DNA of 64,000 nt, taken from assembly GCA_040377425.1 (NCBI GenBank), contig JBEIOU010000011.1, forward strand, positions 1 through 64,000, in the 5' to 3' direction. Positions 1 through 8,969 of this stretch are shown one piece after another. The DNA comes from Micavibrio sp. (GTDB lineage: Bacteria; Pseudomonadota; Alphaproteobacteria; Micavibrionales; UBA2020). The stretch's first letter is position 1. Each line of letters starts with the position of its first letter. The notes under the pieces are model-generated. The model was given only the letters and a program-made list of their open reading frames with translations, was not told the DNA's origin and searched no databases. Made by a program: the position numbers and the translations under genes.

Positions 1-776
1 GCATGATGTATTATTTTGTACCCAAGCAGGCCGGGCGTCCGGTTTATTCGTACCGTTTGTCTATTCTACATTTCTGGTCGCTGATTTTTATTTATATCTG
101 GGCGGGGCCGCACCACCTGCATTACACCGCGCTGCCGGATTGGGCGCAGACGCTGGGCATGACATTTTCGATCATGCTGTGGATGCCCAGTTGGGGCGGT
201 ATGATTAACGGCCTGATGACGCTGTCCGGTGCATGGCACAAACTGCGCGATGACCCTGTGCTGCAATTCATGATTGTTGCCCTGTCGTTTTACGGCATGA
301 GCACCTTCGAAGGCCCGCTGATGTCGATCAAGGCCGTTAACGCCCTTAGTCACTACACTGACTGGACGATCGGGCATGTGCATTCCGGTGCGCTTGGATG
401 GGTGGCGTTTATTACATTCGGCGCGGTGTACTATCTGGTGCCCGTGCTGTGGCACAAACCGGAAATGTATTCGAAAAAACTGATCAGCGTGCACCTCTGG
501 GTCGCGACCATCGGGATTGTGCTTTACATGGTGTCGATGTGGTTTGCCGGTATTTTGCAGGGACTTGAATGGCGGACGTATGACGATATGGGCTTCTTGC
601 AATACTCCTTCGTCGAGACGGTTGCCAATTTGCATCTTTATTACATCATCCGTGCGCTTGGCGGGGTTCTGTACCTCGGTGGGGCGCTGGTGATGGTCTA
701 CAACATCGTCAAAACCATCAAGGGTGACGAAACCGTACGCGCGCCGTTGACGGAGGGGGCTGCCCATGCTGGATAA
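1..776 (+). CDS. ccoN: cbb3-type cytochrome c oxidase subunit I (CcoN/FixN), C-terminal portion. The gene begins upstream of the window; reading frame is that of ORF 3..776.
   Basis: Polytopic membrane protein with the conserved His-ligand segment [17 protein letters not shown] typical of heme-copper oxidase subunit I. It is immediately followed by ccoO (11-nt overlap) and the rest of the cco/fix locus. Confidence 0.9.
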   Translation, partial: MMYYFVPKQAGRPVYSYRLSILHFWSLIFIYIWAGPHHLHYTALPDWAQTLGMTFSIMLWMPSWGGMINGLMTLSGAWHKLRDDPVLQFMIVALSFYGMSTFEGPLMSIKAVNALSHYTDWTIGHVHSGALGWVAFITFGAVYYLVPVLWHKPEMYSKKLISVHLWVATIGIVLYMVSMWFAGILQGLEWRTYDDMGFLQYSFVETVANLHLYYIIRALGGVLYLGGALVMVYNIVKTIKGDETVRAPLTEGAAHAG

Positions 777-1500
777 ACACAAGAAACTTGAAAAGAATTC
801 TATTCTTTTGCTGGTCTTTACGGTGATTGCCGTATCCATCGGCGGTCTGGTCGAGGTGGTGCCGCTTTTTCGTATGGATGTGACGATTGAAAAAGTCGAA
901 GGCATGCGGCCCTATACCCCGCTGGAGCTTGCGGGGCAGAACATCTATATCCGCGAAAATTGCAATTCCTGCCACAGCCAGCAGATCCGCCCCCTGCGCG
1001 ACGAGGTGGAGCGGTATGGCCATTATTCACTTGCCGCTGAAAGCATGTATGACCATCCGTTTGTCTGGGGATCAAAACGCACCGGCCCCGATCTGGCGCG
1101 TGTGGGCGGCAAATATTCGGATGAATGGCACGTCGCGCATTTGAAAAACCCGCGCGATGTGGTTCCTGAATCTATCATGCCCAGTTACCGTTTTTTGTTC
1201 AATCAAGGTGTTGACCTCACCAAGATTGGCAATCATCTTAAGGCACTGCGCGCCGTGGGCGTACCCTATACAGATGAAATGATCGAACAGGCTTATAACG
1301 ATGCCATGCTGCAGGCGCATCCCGATGGGGATATCAGCGGCCTGCAATCGCGCTATGGCGACAAAGTCATCGCTCGGGATTTTGACGGCCAGCGCCATCA
1401 AATCACGGAAATGGATGCGCTGGTCGCGTATCTGCAGGTATTGGGCACCATGGCTGACCTGAAATCCTATAACCCGGATATCGAGGAGATCGCGGAATGA
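766..1500 (+). CDS. ccoO: cbb3-type cytochrome c oxidase subunit II, mono-heme c (CcoO/FixO)
   Basis: 244 aa with an N-terminal TM anchor and a single CxxCH heme-c motif (ENCNSCHSQ). GGAGGGGG RBS about 8 nt upstream. Lies between ccoN and ccoQ/ccoP. Confidence 0.9.
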   Translation: MLDKHKKLEKNSILLLVFTVIAVSIGGLVEVVPLFRMDVTIEKVEGMRPYTPLELAGQNIYIRENCNSCHSQQIRPLRDEVERYGHYSLAAESMYDHPFVWGSKRTGPDLARVGGKYSDEWHVAHLKNPRDVVPESIMPSYRFLFNQGVDLTKIGNHLKALRAVGVPYTDEMIEQAYNDAMLQAHPDGDISGLQSRYGDKVIARDFDGQRHQITEMDALVAYLQVLGTMADLKSYNPDIEEIAE

Positions 1501-1646
1501 TCGATTGGCTTGTACAGCATGGCCCGTCTGCGGGGCTTTTGGGGTTTTTTATCGGGTTCGTGGGAATTGCCGCATGGACGTATCGCCCCGCGCATAAAAA
1601 ACAAATCGAAGATCATGCCCATATACCGTTCAGGGAGCAGGAATAG
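1497..1646 (+). CDS. ccoQ: cbb3 oxidase small subunit CcoQ/FixQ (49 aa, single TM). Not in the ORF track because it is under 60 aa.
   Basis: ATG overlaps the ccoO stop (ATGA at 1497-1500). Translates to [49 protein letters not shown], one hydrophobic helix, ending at TAG 1644-1646, exactly where ccoP starts. Size and position match the canonical ccoNOQP order. Confidence 0.6.
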   Translation: MIDWLVQHGPSAGLLGFFIGFVGIAAWTYRPAHKKQIEDHAHIPFREQE

Positions 1647-2548
1647 TGTCTGACGCGCATAAAGAAAAAGACAGCATCACAGGCATCGAAACCACCGGCC
1701 ATGAATGGGACGGGCTGAAAGAGCTGAACAACCCTGCGCCGCGCTGGTGGCTTTGGGTATTTCTGGTGACGGTCATATGGGCGGTCGGTTATTGGGTTGT
1801 ATATCCTGCATGGCCGACCATATCCGGCGCGACCGAAGGCAAATGGGAATGGACGCAGTACCGCGAACTGGAAAAGGCGCAGGGAGAAATCAATCTGCGC
1901 CGCGCCAAATATCAGCAGCGCTTTCATGCCGCCGATATGCAGCAGATTTTGACCGATACGGAATTATATGAATTTGCGCGTGTCGGCGGCGCAGCGGCAT
2001 TCAAGGAAAACTGCGCGGCCTGCCATGGCACAGGCGCTGCGGGCGGGCGCGGGTATCCGAACCTGAACGACGATGACTGGCTATGGGGCGGTACGCTTGA
2101 TAAAATTCATGAAACCCTGCGCGTAGGGGTTAATTCCGGCCATGCCGATGCGCGCGGTACGCAAATGCCAGCTTTCGGGCGCGAAGGGCTGTTGACCGCT
2201 GCGCAAGTCAGCGATGTCACGGAATATGTCCATAAGCTGCATGAAGGTGACAAAGCGCAAGTGACAGCCGCCTACACGCGCGGTCAGCAGGTCTATGCTG
2301 ATAACTGCGCCGCCTGCCACGGTGCAGCGGGCGAGGGGATGCAGGATCTGGGCGCCCCGCGCCTGAACGATGAAATATGGCTGTGGGGCGGCGACAAGGC
2401 GTCCATTCATAATACGGTCATGAACGCGCATACAGGGGTTATGCCGGCATGGGAGGGACGTCTCAGCCCTGATACGCTGAAAGCGCTGACAATTTACCTA
2501 CATTCACTGGGCGGCACAGCGCCCGATGTGCCGGAGAGCCATGAGTGA
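1646..2548 (+). CDS. ccoP: cbb3-type cytochrome c oxidase subunit III, di-heme c (CcoP/FixP)
   Basis: GTG start with AGGGAG RBS 9 nt upstream. Conserved N-terminal TTGHEWDG...NNPAPRWW segment and two CAACHG heme-c motifs. Confidence 0.9.
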   Translation: MSDAHKEKDSITGIETTGHEWDGLKELNNPAPRWWLWVFLVTVIWAVGYWVVYPAWPTISGATEGKWEWTQYRELEKAQGEINLRRAKYQQRFHAADMQQILTDTELYEFARVGGAAAFKENCAACHGTGAAGGRGYPNLNDDDWLWGGTLDKIHETLRVGVNSGHADARGTQMPAFGREGLLTAAQVSDVTEYVHKLHEGDKAQVTAAYTRGQQVYADNCAACHGAAGEGMQDLGAPRLNDEIWLWGGDKASIHNTVMNAHTGVMPAWEGRLSPDTLKALTIYLHSLGGTAPDVPESHE

Positions 2549-3974
2549 CGGCGTTGTATATTTCGAGAAACAAAAAAGAATATATCCGCGTGCGGTCAAG
2601 GGGCGCTATCGCCGGCTGAAATGGCTGGCGATGACAGTCTTGCTGGGGATTTACTATGCCGTGCCGTGGATACGCTGGGACCGCGGCGCCCATGCACCCA
2701 ATCAGGCCGTGATGATCGATATGCCTGCTCGCCGCGCGTATTTTTTCAATATCGAACTATGGCCGCAGGAAGTTTATTTTTTTGCCGGTCTTATGGTGCT
2801 GGCGGCGGTGGGGCTGTTTTTTGTGACCAGCCTGCTTGGGCGTGTCTGGTGCGGGTATGCGTGCCCGCAAACGGTCTGGACAGATTTGTTTGTGGCTGTC
2901 GAAAACTGGATACAGGGCGACCGTAACGCGCGCATGAAGCTTGATAATGCCCCCCTGTCTCTAAATAAGGTATGGAAAAAATTTGCCACCCATGCCGTGT
3001 GGTTGTTGATTGCGCTAGGCACGGGCGGGGCATGGGTGTTCTATTTCATGGATGCGCCGACATTGCTGGATCAGATCCTGCACATGAATGTATCGTGGAT
3101 GGCGGGCAGCTGGATATTGGGGCTTACCGCATCGACTTACATCATGGCCGGGTTTGCGCGTGAACAGGTTTGTACGTATATGTGCCCCTATGCACGGTTT
3201 CAATCCGCGATGTTTGATAAAGATACGCTGATTATCGGCTACGACCGCGAGCGGGGAGAGCCGCGGGGTAACCACAAGCGCGGCGCCAGCTGGGATGGAC
3301 GCGGCCATTGTATTGATTGCACACAGTGCGTCATCGTCTGCCCGATGGGCATTGATATCCGCAATGGTTTACAAATGGAGTGCATCGCCTGCGGTCTGTG
3401 TGTGGATGCCTGCAATGACGTGATGGCGCGTATGGATTTACCGGCGGGCCTGATCCGATATGATACCCAGCGTAATTACGAACGCCGTACATTGGCGCAG
3501 AAAACCGGCGAGATTGCGCAGCAGGTATGGTCTATCTGGCGGCCGCGTACGTATTATTATATTGCGATCATGGTTCTTATCGGCGGTGTCATGCTGGCCG
3601 CTTTCCTGAACCGCAGTGCCGTTGACCTGAGCGTTATCCACGACCGCAACCCGTTGTATGTCAAGCTATCAAACGGCGATATTCGTAATACCTATACGTT
3701 GAAAATCATCAACAAAACCCACGAAGACCAGGTCTTCCGCTTATCCGTTACCGGCATTTCACCGCGCAGTGTGAGTATCGCGGGGGCGTCGGTATCGGCT
3801 GCGGCTGATGAATTGCTTGTGCTGGCGGATAGCGTCGGAACGTTTCGTGTTTTGATCGTTGCCGCACCGGATGCCACAGCGCCGCGGCAGGATATGACTT
3901 TGGCGATAGATAATACAAGCGGTGCACTGGGCAGCCGCGCAGAAACAATTTTTATAACGCAAGGAGCCCTGTAA
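2541..3974 (+). CDS. ccoG: cbb3 oxidase assembly ferredoxin-like membrane protein CcoG/FixG
   Basis: Start chosen at ATG 2541 (MSDGVVYFEK; GGAGA RBS 5 nt upstream; overlaps the ccoP stop) rather than the ORF-track start 2526. Two 4Fe-4S ferredoxin-type motifs, CIDCTQCVIVCP and CIACGLCVDACN, plus multiple TM helices. Confidence 0.85.
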   Translation: MSDGVVYFEKQKRIYPRAVKGRYRRLKWLAMTVLLGIYYAVPWIRWDRGAHAPNQAVMIDMPARRAYFFNIELWPQEVYFFAGLMVLAAVGLFFVTSLLGRVWCGYACPQTVWTDLFVAVENWIQGDRNARMKLDNAPLSLNKVWKKFATHAVWLLIALGTGGAWVFYFMDAPTLLDQILHMNVSWMAGSWILGLTASTYIMAGFAREQVCTYMCPYARFQSAMFDKDTLIIGYDRERGEPRGNHKRGASWDGRGHCIDCTQCVIVCPMGIDIRNGLQMECIACGLCVDACNDVMARMDLPAGLIRYDTQRNYERRTLAQKTGEIAQQVWSIWRPRTYYYIAIMVLIGGVMLAAFLNRSAVDLSVIHDRNPLYVKLSNGDIRNTYTLKIINKTHEDQVFRLSVTGISPRSVSIAGASVSAAADELLVLADSVGTFRVLIVAAPDATAPRQDMTLAIDNTSGALGSRAETIFITQGAL

Positions 3975-4453
3975 TGACCGGCGAAGCCATGCCGCGGCCA
4001 TCCGATAAATGGATACCATGGTATATCGTTCTTTTTTTTGTGTTCCTGAGTTTTGTGTTTGGCGGCTTTGCCTATATCGCGCAAAAAACGCATACGGGGG
4101 TAGTAACAGAGGACGCCTACAAAAAAGGCCTCGCCTATAACAGCGTCATAGAAAAAGCCAAGCAGCAGGAAATGCTTGGCTATATCGCCGATATTTCAAT
4201 GTCACCGGATGGAGTGCTACGCTTCGGATTGATGCAAAAAAACGCTGCGGCTGTTGATATCAAACATGTGTCTATCTGGTTTTTTCGCCCGACGCAGTCA
4301 AAAGCGGATGTGCATGGTGTGATGACGCCTGCTGCCGGCGGCGGCTATGAAATCCGCCCCGCATTGCCTGCGCGCGGGCTTTGGGAAGTGCGCATTCTCG
4401 CCGACACTGCGGCGGGGCCTTATCAAGCCGTCAAAAGGATCGTGATCGAATGA
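3974..4453 (+). CDS. ccoH: CcoH/FixH membrane protein of the ccoGHIS assembly cluster
   Basis: 159 aa, single N-terminal TM. AAGGAG RBS 7 nt upstream; TAATG overlap with ccoG. Position between fixG and fixI. Confidence 0.7.
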   Translation: MTGEAMPRPSDKWIPWYIVLFFVFLSFVFGGFAYIAQKTHTGVVTEDAYKKGLAYNSVIEKAKQQEMLGYIADISMSPDGVLRFGLMQKNAAAVDIKHVSIWFFRPTQSKADVHGVMTPAAGGGYEIRPALPARGLWEVRILADTAAGPYQAVKRIVIE

Positions 4454-6606
4454 CAAACGCCTTGCCCGCCACGGATTATTCGGCATATGTCCGTACAAAT
4501 GCCGATGGCACCAACCATCTGCGTTTGATTGTCGCAGGCATGCACTGCGCCGGATGCGCCTTTAAAATTGAAAAAAAACTGAATGCCTATCCGGGGGTAG
4601 AGGCACGTGTCAATGTGACAGAAAAGCGTCTGTCGCTTGTTTGGTCGGGCGATAAAGCCGCAGGCAATACGCTGCTCGACGAAGTGGAAACGATGGGGTT
4701 TCAGCTTTCCCCTGTTAAACAGTCCGGGACGGAGGACGAGGGTCTTAAACATCTGCTGCGCTGTATCGCCGTTTCCGGTTTTGCCAGCGGGAACCTGATG
4801 GTGTTTTCTATGGCGCTGTGGTTTTCCGGCCGTGACAGCATGGGCGCCGCGACGCGTGACCTGATGCACTGGTATTCGGCGTTGATTACCTTACCCACGG
4901 TCATTTATGCGGGTATGCCATTTTTTAAATCCGCGTGGCATGCGCTGCGCCATGGGCGCACGAATATGGATGTGCCCATTTCGGTGGCTGTCACGCTGGC
5001 ATCGGCGGTATCGCTGTATGAAACAGTCCATTCGTCGGAACATGCCTATTTTGATTCGGTTGCGATGCTGCTATTCCTGCTGCTGATCGGCCGTTATCTG
5101 GATGCACGGGTGCGCCTGCAGGCAAAATCTGCGGCATCAGACTTGCTGCAGGTCATGCAGGGGACGGCCAGTATCATCGAAGACAGCGGCCATATGCGCC
5201 GCGTACCGTCGAAGGCCCTGATACCCGGCATGCGATTACATGCGGCAAAGGGCGAAAAAATTCTCGCGGACGGTACGGCATTAAATGCGGGTGATGTGGA
5301 TACATCGGCTATTACCGGCGAGACAATGCCGCGGCATGTGTGCGCGGGCGATGCGGTGCTGGCGGGGATGGTGAACATAGGGACGCCGCTGGATATCCGT
5401 ATTGATAAATCACAGCAGGACAGCCTGATCGGTGACATCATCGCCCTGATGCAGCGCGCAGAGCAGGGCGGTGCCGCCTATGTGCGTATTGCCGACCGTA
5501 TTGCGCGCTGGTATACGCCGGTTGTTCATATACTTGCGCTGATAACATTTATGGGGTGGTTGTGGATTGGCGGGGCGGCGTTTCAGCCCGCGCTGATGTG
5601 CGCGGTCACGGTGCTTATTATTACATGCCCCTGCGCGCTTGGGCTGGCGGTGCCTGTGGCGCAGGTGATGGCAGGCGGCAGACTTTTTCGCGGCGGCATG
5701 CTGTTGAAGTCCGCCGATGCGCTGGAGAGGCTGGAGAAAGTTGATACCATCGTTTTTGACAAAACCGGCACCTTGACCACCGGACAAATGGTGATGGATC
5801 CGCCAGATCATATTGATGATGAAACAAAAGCGCAGATTGCAGCGCTGGCTGCGGCCAGTGCGCATCCGCTTGCCCGTGCTGTAACGGCGGTATGGCCGTC
5901 CAAGCCTGCCGCAGGCGCGGCCGAAATGGATGGCCGCGGCATCGAGATCACGCGAGAGGACGGCCACTGGTGCCGTCTTGGGTCGGCGGCGTTCCTGCTG
6001 GTGACGGATAGCCCGCCTGATGACAAGCTGGAGCTATGGTTCGGCGTGCAGGGGCTCCCCCCGCTGCGCCTGACTTTCAGTGATCATCCGCATGCGGATG
6101 CGGCGCGTGTGATACGCGATTTGCGCAGGGAATACCGCGTTGTCTTGCTGTCCGGTGACCGTCCGGCCGTGGCGGCTGCGGTTGCGGCACAGTTGGGTAT
6201 TGACGAATGGTACGGTGCGGTCGATCCGCTGCGAAAACATGACATGATTGATGCAGAAATCAGCGCGGGGCGTCATGTGCTGATGGTGGGCGATGGTCTT
6301 AATGATGCTGCTGCCCTCAGCCGTGCCACCGTCTCGATGTCGCCATCTTCTGCACTGGATATCGCGCAGAATGCTGCCGATGTGGTGTATCAGCGCAAAG
6401 GGCTGTCATCGGTGCCGGCGCTTTTGCAAACAGCGAGGCGCACACAGGCAATTGTACGCCAGAGCTTTGCGCTTGCGCTTGCGTACAATGTTATTGCCGT
6501 GCCGCTGGCGATGGCGGGATTTGTCACGCCGCTTGTGGCGGCGGTATCTATGTCGCTGTCATCCTTGCTGGTGGTGGGGAATGCCCTGCGGTTGAAAGGG
6601 GGATAA
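4450..6606 (+). CDS. ccoI: Copper-translocating P1B-type ATPase CcoI/FixI
   Basis: Start taken at ATG 4450 (MTNALPATDYS; ATGA overlap with the ccoH stop) rather than the ORF-track start 4381. Heavy-metal-associated motif GMHCAGCA, CPC transduction motif ITCPCALG, phosphorylation motif FDKTGTLT and hinge GDGLNDAAAL. Confidence 0.85.
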   Translation: MTNALPATDYSAYVRTNADGTNHLRLIVAGMHCAGCAFKIEKKLNAYPGVEARVNVTEKRLSLVWSGDKAAGNTLLDEVETMGFQLSPVKQSGTEDEGLKHLLRCIAVSGFASGNLMVFSMALWFSGRDSMGAATRDLMHWYSALITLPTVIYAGMPFFKSAWHALRHGRTNMDVPISVAVTLASAVSLYETVHSSEHAYFDSVAMLLFLLLIGRYLDARVRLQAKSAASDLLQVMQGTASIIEDSGHMRRVPSKALIPGMRLHAAKGEKILADGTALNAGDVDTSAITGETMPRHVCAGDAVLAGMVNIGTPLDIRIDKSQQDSLIGDIIALMQRAEQGGAAYVRIADRIARWYTPVVHILALITFMGWLWIGGAAFQPALMCAVTVLIITCPCALGLAVPVAQVMAGGRLFRGGMLLKSADALERLEKVDTIVFDKTGTLTTGQMVMDPPDHIDDETKAQIAALAAASAHPLARAVTAVWPSKPAAGAAEMDGRGIEITREDGHWCRLGSAAFLLVTDSPPDDKLELWFGVQGLPPLRLTFSDHPHADAARVIRDLRREYRVVLLSGDRPAVAAAVAAQLGIDEWYGAVDPLRKHDMIDAEISAGRHVLMVGDGLNDAAALSRATVSMSPSSALDIAQNAADVVYQRKGLSSVPALLQTARRTQAIVRQSFALALAYNVIAVPLAMAGFVTPLVAAVSMSLSSLLVVGNALRLKGG

Positions 6607-6607
6607 G

Positions 6608-6769
6608 ATGGATGTCCTTGCGTATATGATACCAATCGCGCTGGTCATGGGGCTTCTCTGGCTGGTTATATTTATGTGGGCTTTGCGCAGCGGCCAGTTC
6701 GATGACCCCGAAGGCGCCGCCAGCCGTATTTTACAAGATGACGAGCGAGAGGGAGATCTGCACAAATGA
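6608..6769 (+). CDS. ccoS: cbb3 oxidase maturation protein CcoS/FixS (53 aa). Not in the ORF track.
   Basis: ATG 2 nt after the ccoI stop. Translates to MDVLAYMIPIALVMGLLWLVIFMWALRSGQFDDPEGAASRILQDDEREGDLHK with one TM and the SGQFDD-type motif I associate with CcoS. Stop TGA 6767-6769 overlaps the hemN ATG at 6766. Confidence 0.6.
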   Translation: MDVLAYMIPIALVMGLLWLVIFMWALRSGQFDDPEGAASRILQDDEREGDLHK

Positions 6770-8124
6770 TAACAGATTGTCTGATATCAAAAATCCTCAC
6801 CTACAACACGCAAGTGCCGCGTTATACCAGCTACCCCTCCGCGCCGCATTTCGCGCCAATGACAGATATCGACTATATGGCATGGCTGCGTATGCTGACG
6901 CCTGTGCAGCCTGTATCGATTTATGTGCATATACCGTTTTGCACTGAAATGTGCTGGTATTGCGGCTGTCATACCACCGCCACGCGCAAATATGCGCCTG
7001 TTGAAGATTACGTGACATTGCTGCTGCGTGAAATGAAGCAGGTGGCATCGCATATACCGCAGCGCTTGCCTGTGGCGCATGTGCATTTTGGCGGCGGATC
7101 ACCCACGATGCTGCAGCCCGATGATTTCCGCCGGATCATGAACGAAATACGCGATATGTTTGACGTGCTGCCAGATGCGGAAATTGCAATAGAAGGCGAT
7201 CCGCGCGGTATGACACACGACAAATGCGAAGCCTATGCCCAAAGCGGCGTTAACCGCATCAGTCTGGGGGTGCAGGATTTTGCACCGCATGTGCAAAAGG
7301 CGATTAACCGTTTACAGCCATACGATGTTGTCGCGGCGGCTGTTGATCGCCTGCGCGGGTTTGATATTCAGCGCATTAACCTTGATCTTATGTATGGGTT
7401 ACCGCTGCAGACATTGGATGATGCCGCAGATACGGCGGCAAAGGCGATGTCGCTGGCACCGCAGCGTATCGCTTTGTTTGGCTATGCGCATGTACCTTGG
7501 ATGAAAAAGCATATGCGTTTGATCCACGATACGGATTTGCCGGATGCTTCTGCGCGGCTGCGGCAGTTCAGTCGTGCCGAAGATATTCTGAGCGCCGCTG
7601 GCATGCAGGCGGTGGGGTTGGATCATTTCTGCACGGCAGGGGATAGCATGTTAGCCGCGGCGCGGGAGCGGCGTCTGGTCCGCAATTTTCAGGGCTATAC
7701 AACAGATACCAGCCCCGTGTTGTTGGGTTTTGGCCTGTCGTCTATCGGGCGCATGCCGCAGGGGTTTGTACAAAATCATGCCCATATAACCGAATATAGC
7801 ACATCGGTTTTGTCGGGGGCGCTGCCCACCGCGCGCGGCTACGCGTTGTCGGCCGATGACCGGCTGCGGGGGGATATTATCAGCGATCTGATGTGCTATC
7901 TGGATGTGGATATTGCCACCGTCGCTGCGCGTCACGGCGCTGATGCGCAGCTTTTTGAGGGTGCGGTCGCAAGCCTTCAGGATATGCAGGCAGATGGCCT
8001 GACCGAAGTACAGGGCATGCGGATTCGCGTGCCGATGCCTGCCCGCCAGATGGTGCGTGTGGTGGCGTCGCGTTTTGATGCCCATTTCAAACAAACGCTA
8101 CGCCGTCATGTGCAGGCCGCATAA
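6766..8124 (+). CDS. hemN: Oxygen-independent coproporphyrinogen III oxidase (radical SAM, HemN)
   Basis: 452 aa with radical-SAM motif CTEMCWYCGC and a HemN-like C-terminal domain. Classic placement downstream of fixGHIS. Confidence 0.9.
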   Translation: MITDCLISKILTYNTQVPRYTSYPSAPHFAPMTDIDYMAWLRMLTPVQPVSIYVHIPFCTEMCWYCGCHTTATRKYAPVEDYVTLLLREMKQVASHIPQRLPVAHVHFGGGSPTMLQPDDFRRIMNEIRDMFDVLPDAEIAIEGDPRGMTHDKCEAYAQSGVNRISLGVQDFAPHVQKAINRLQPYDVVAAAVDRLRGFDIQRINLDLMYGLPLQTLDDAADTAAKAMSLAPQRIALFGYAHVPWMKKHMRLIHDTDLPDASARLRQFSRAEDILSAAGMQAVGLDHFCTAGDSMLAAARERRLVRNFQGYTTDTSPVLLGFGLSSIGRMPQGFVQNHAHITEYSTSVLSGALPTARGYALSADDRLRGDIISDLMCYLDVDIATVAARHGADAQLFEGAVASLQDMQADGLTEVQGMRIRVPMPARQMVRVVASRFDAHFKQTLRRHVQAA

Positions 8125-8138
8125 TGGAAATCTACCAT

Positions 8139-8171
8139 AAAAAAGCCGCCCTGTTCTGGGCGGCTTTTTTT
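8139..8171. terminator. Rho-independent terminator shared by convergent hemN and ompW
   Basis: AAGCCGCCC-tgttct-GGGCGGCTT hairpin flanked by an A-run upstream and a 7-T run downstream, so it can act on both strands. Confidence 0.6.
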
Positions 8172-8189
8172 GCGGACGGGCAGTAGGGG

Positions 8190-8855
8190 TTAGAAACGGT
8201 ATCCTACACCTGCGCCAAACACCCACGGATCAAGGTCAACATCAGCCGTTGCGGCGGGGCCTGTGACACGGGCGTCCACGTTTAGGAAGATTTTCTTGAC
8301 GTCGAGGTTAAGGCTCCAGTTTTGATCCAGTTTGTAATCCAAACCGGCCTGAAGCGCATAGCCAAAGCCGTTTTCATACGACACCTTGTTTGCCGCGCCT
8401 GAATCGGCGTTGTAAAATATGGTGTAGTTGATACCCGCACCGACATAGGGGACAAATGCGGTCTTGTTGTTAAATCTATATTGCGCTGTCAGTGTCGGGG
8501 GGAGAACCCAGACGGATCCGAGGTCGAGGCTTGGATTTGCATGTGCCATATCGTGCTTGCTGGTCGCCAGAATCAGCTCCAGCGAAAAATTTTCGTTAAT
8601 GAAATAGGTGATATCCAGCTCTGGCATAACGGCGTTATCGGCACGTACGCTGCCGCCCAGCGATGTGCTGCTGTCCTCGTCAGGTGCCACGTTGATCGCG
8701 CGCAGACGCAATTGCCAGTCATGCGGGTTGAATTCGGCAGCAGCTGCCGGTGTGACCGCCAGTGCCGCACAAGCCAGCATCAGGACGGGTAGAATCGTAT
8801 TTGTTTTCATGGTGGTTATCCTTTCTGTTCCGTGCGGGCAACATAACAGTGGCAA
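8190..8855 (-). CDS. ompW: OmpW-family outer membrane beta-barrel protein
   Basis: 221 aa with signal peptide MKTNTILPVLMLACAALAVTPAAAA and C-terminal ...GAGVGYRF typical of OmpW/AlkL. Alternating amphipathic beta-strand pattern. Confidence 0.8.
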   Translation of the reverse strand: MPLLCCPHGTERITTMKTNTILPVLMLACAALAVTPAAAAEFNPHDWQLRLRAINVAPDEDSSTSLGGSVRADNAVMPELDITYFINENFSLELILATSKHDMAHANPSLDLGSVWVLPPTLTAQYRFNNKTAFVPYVGAGINYTIFYNADSGAANKVSYENGFGYALQAGLDYKLDQNWSLNLDVKKIFLNVDARVTGPAATADVDLDPWVFGAGVGYRF

Positions 8856-8867
8856 ACGGGGTGAACA

Positions 8868-8881
8868 TTGACATTGGTCAA
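8868..8881. promoter_or_regulatory. FixK/FNR-type binding site TTGAC-ATTG-GTCAA (perfect palindrome, TTGA-N6-TCAA class)
   Basis: Read directly in the ompW / crp-fnr divergent intergenic region. Matches the FNR/FixK consensus TTGA-N6-TCAA. Confidence 0.55.
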
Positions 8882-8890
8882 GCTTTCTGA

Positions 8891-8904
8891 TTGACTAAAG
8901 TCAA
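8891..8904. promoter_or_regulatory. Second FixK/FNR-type binding site TTGAC-TAAA-GTCAA (perfect palindrome)
   Basis: Centre 23 bp from the first box. Centre about 73 bp upstream of the regulator start codon, compatible with a class II (-41.5) arrangement if the 5' UTR is about 30 nt. Confidence 0.55.
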
Positions 8905-8969
8905 GAAAATGCCTGTTTTTAAAGGCCATATTTAAAGATTGTAGTAATGACGACAGCCTCGAAAATACA

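Noticed and set aside
4381-4449. ORF-track starts for ccoI (4381) and ccoG (2526)
   Set aside because: Downstream ATGs coincide with upstream stop codons (ATGA coupling) and with conserved N-termini. The extensions are likely artefactual.
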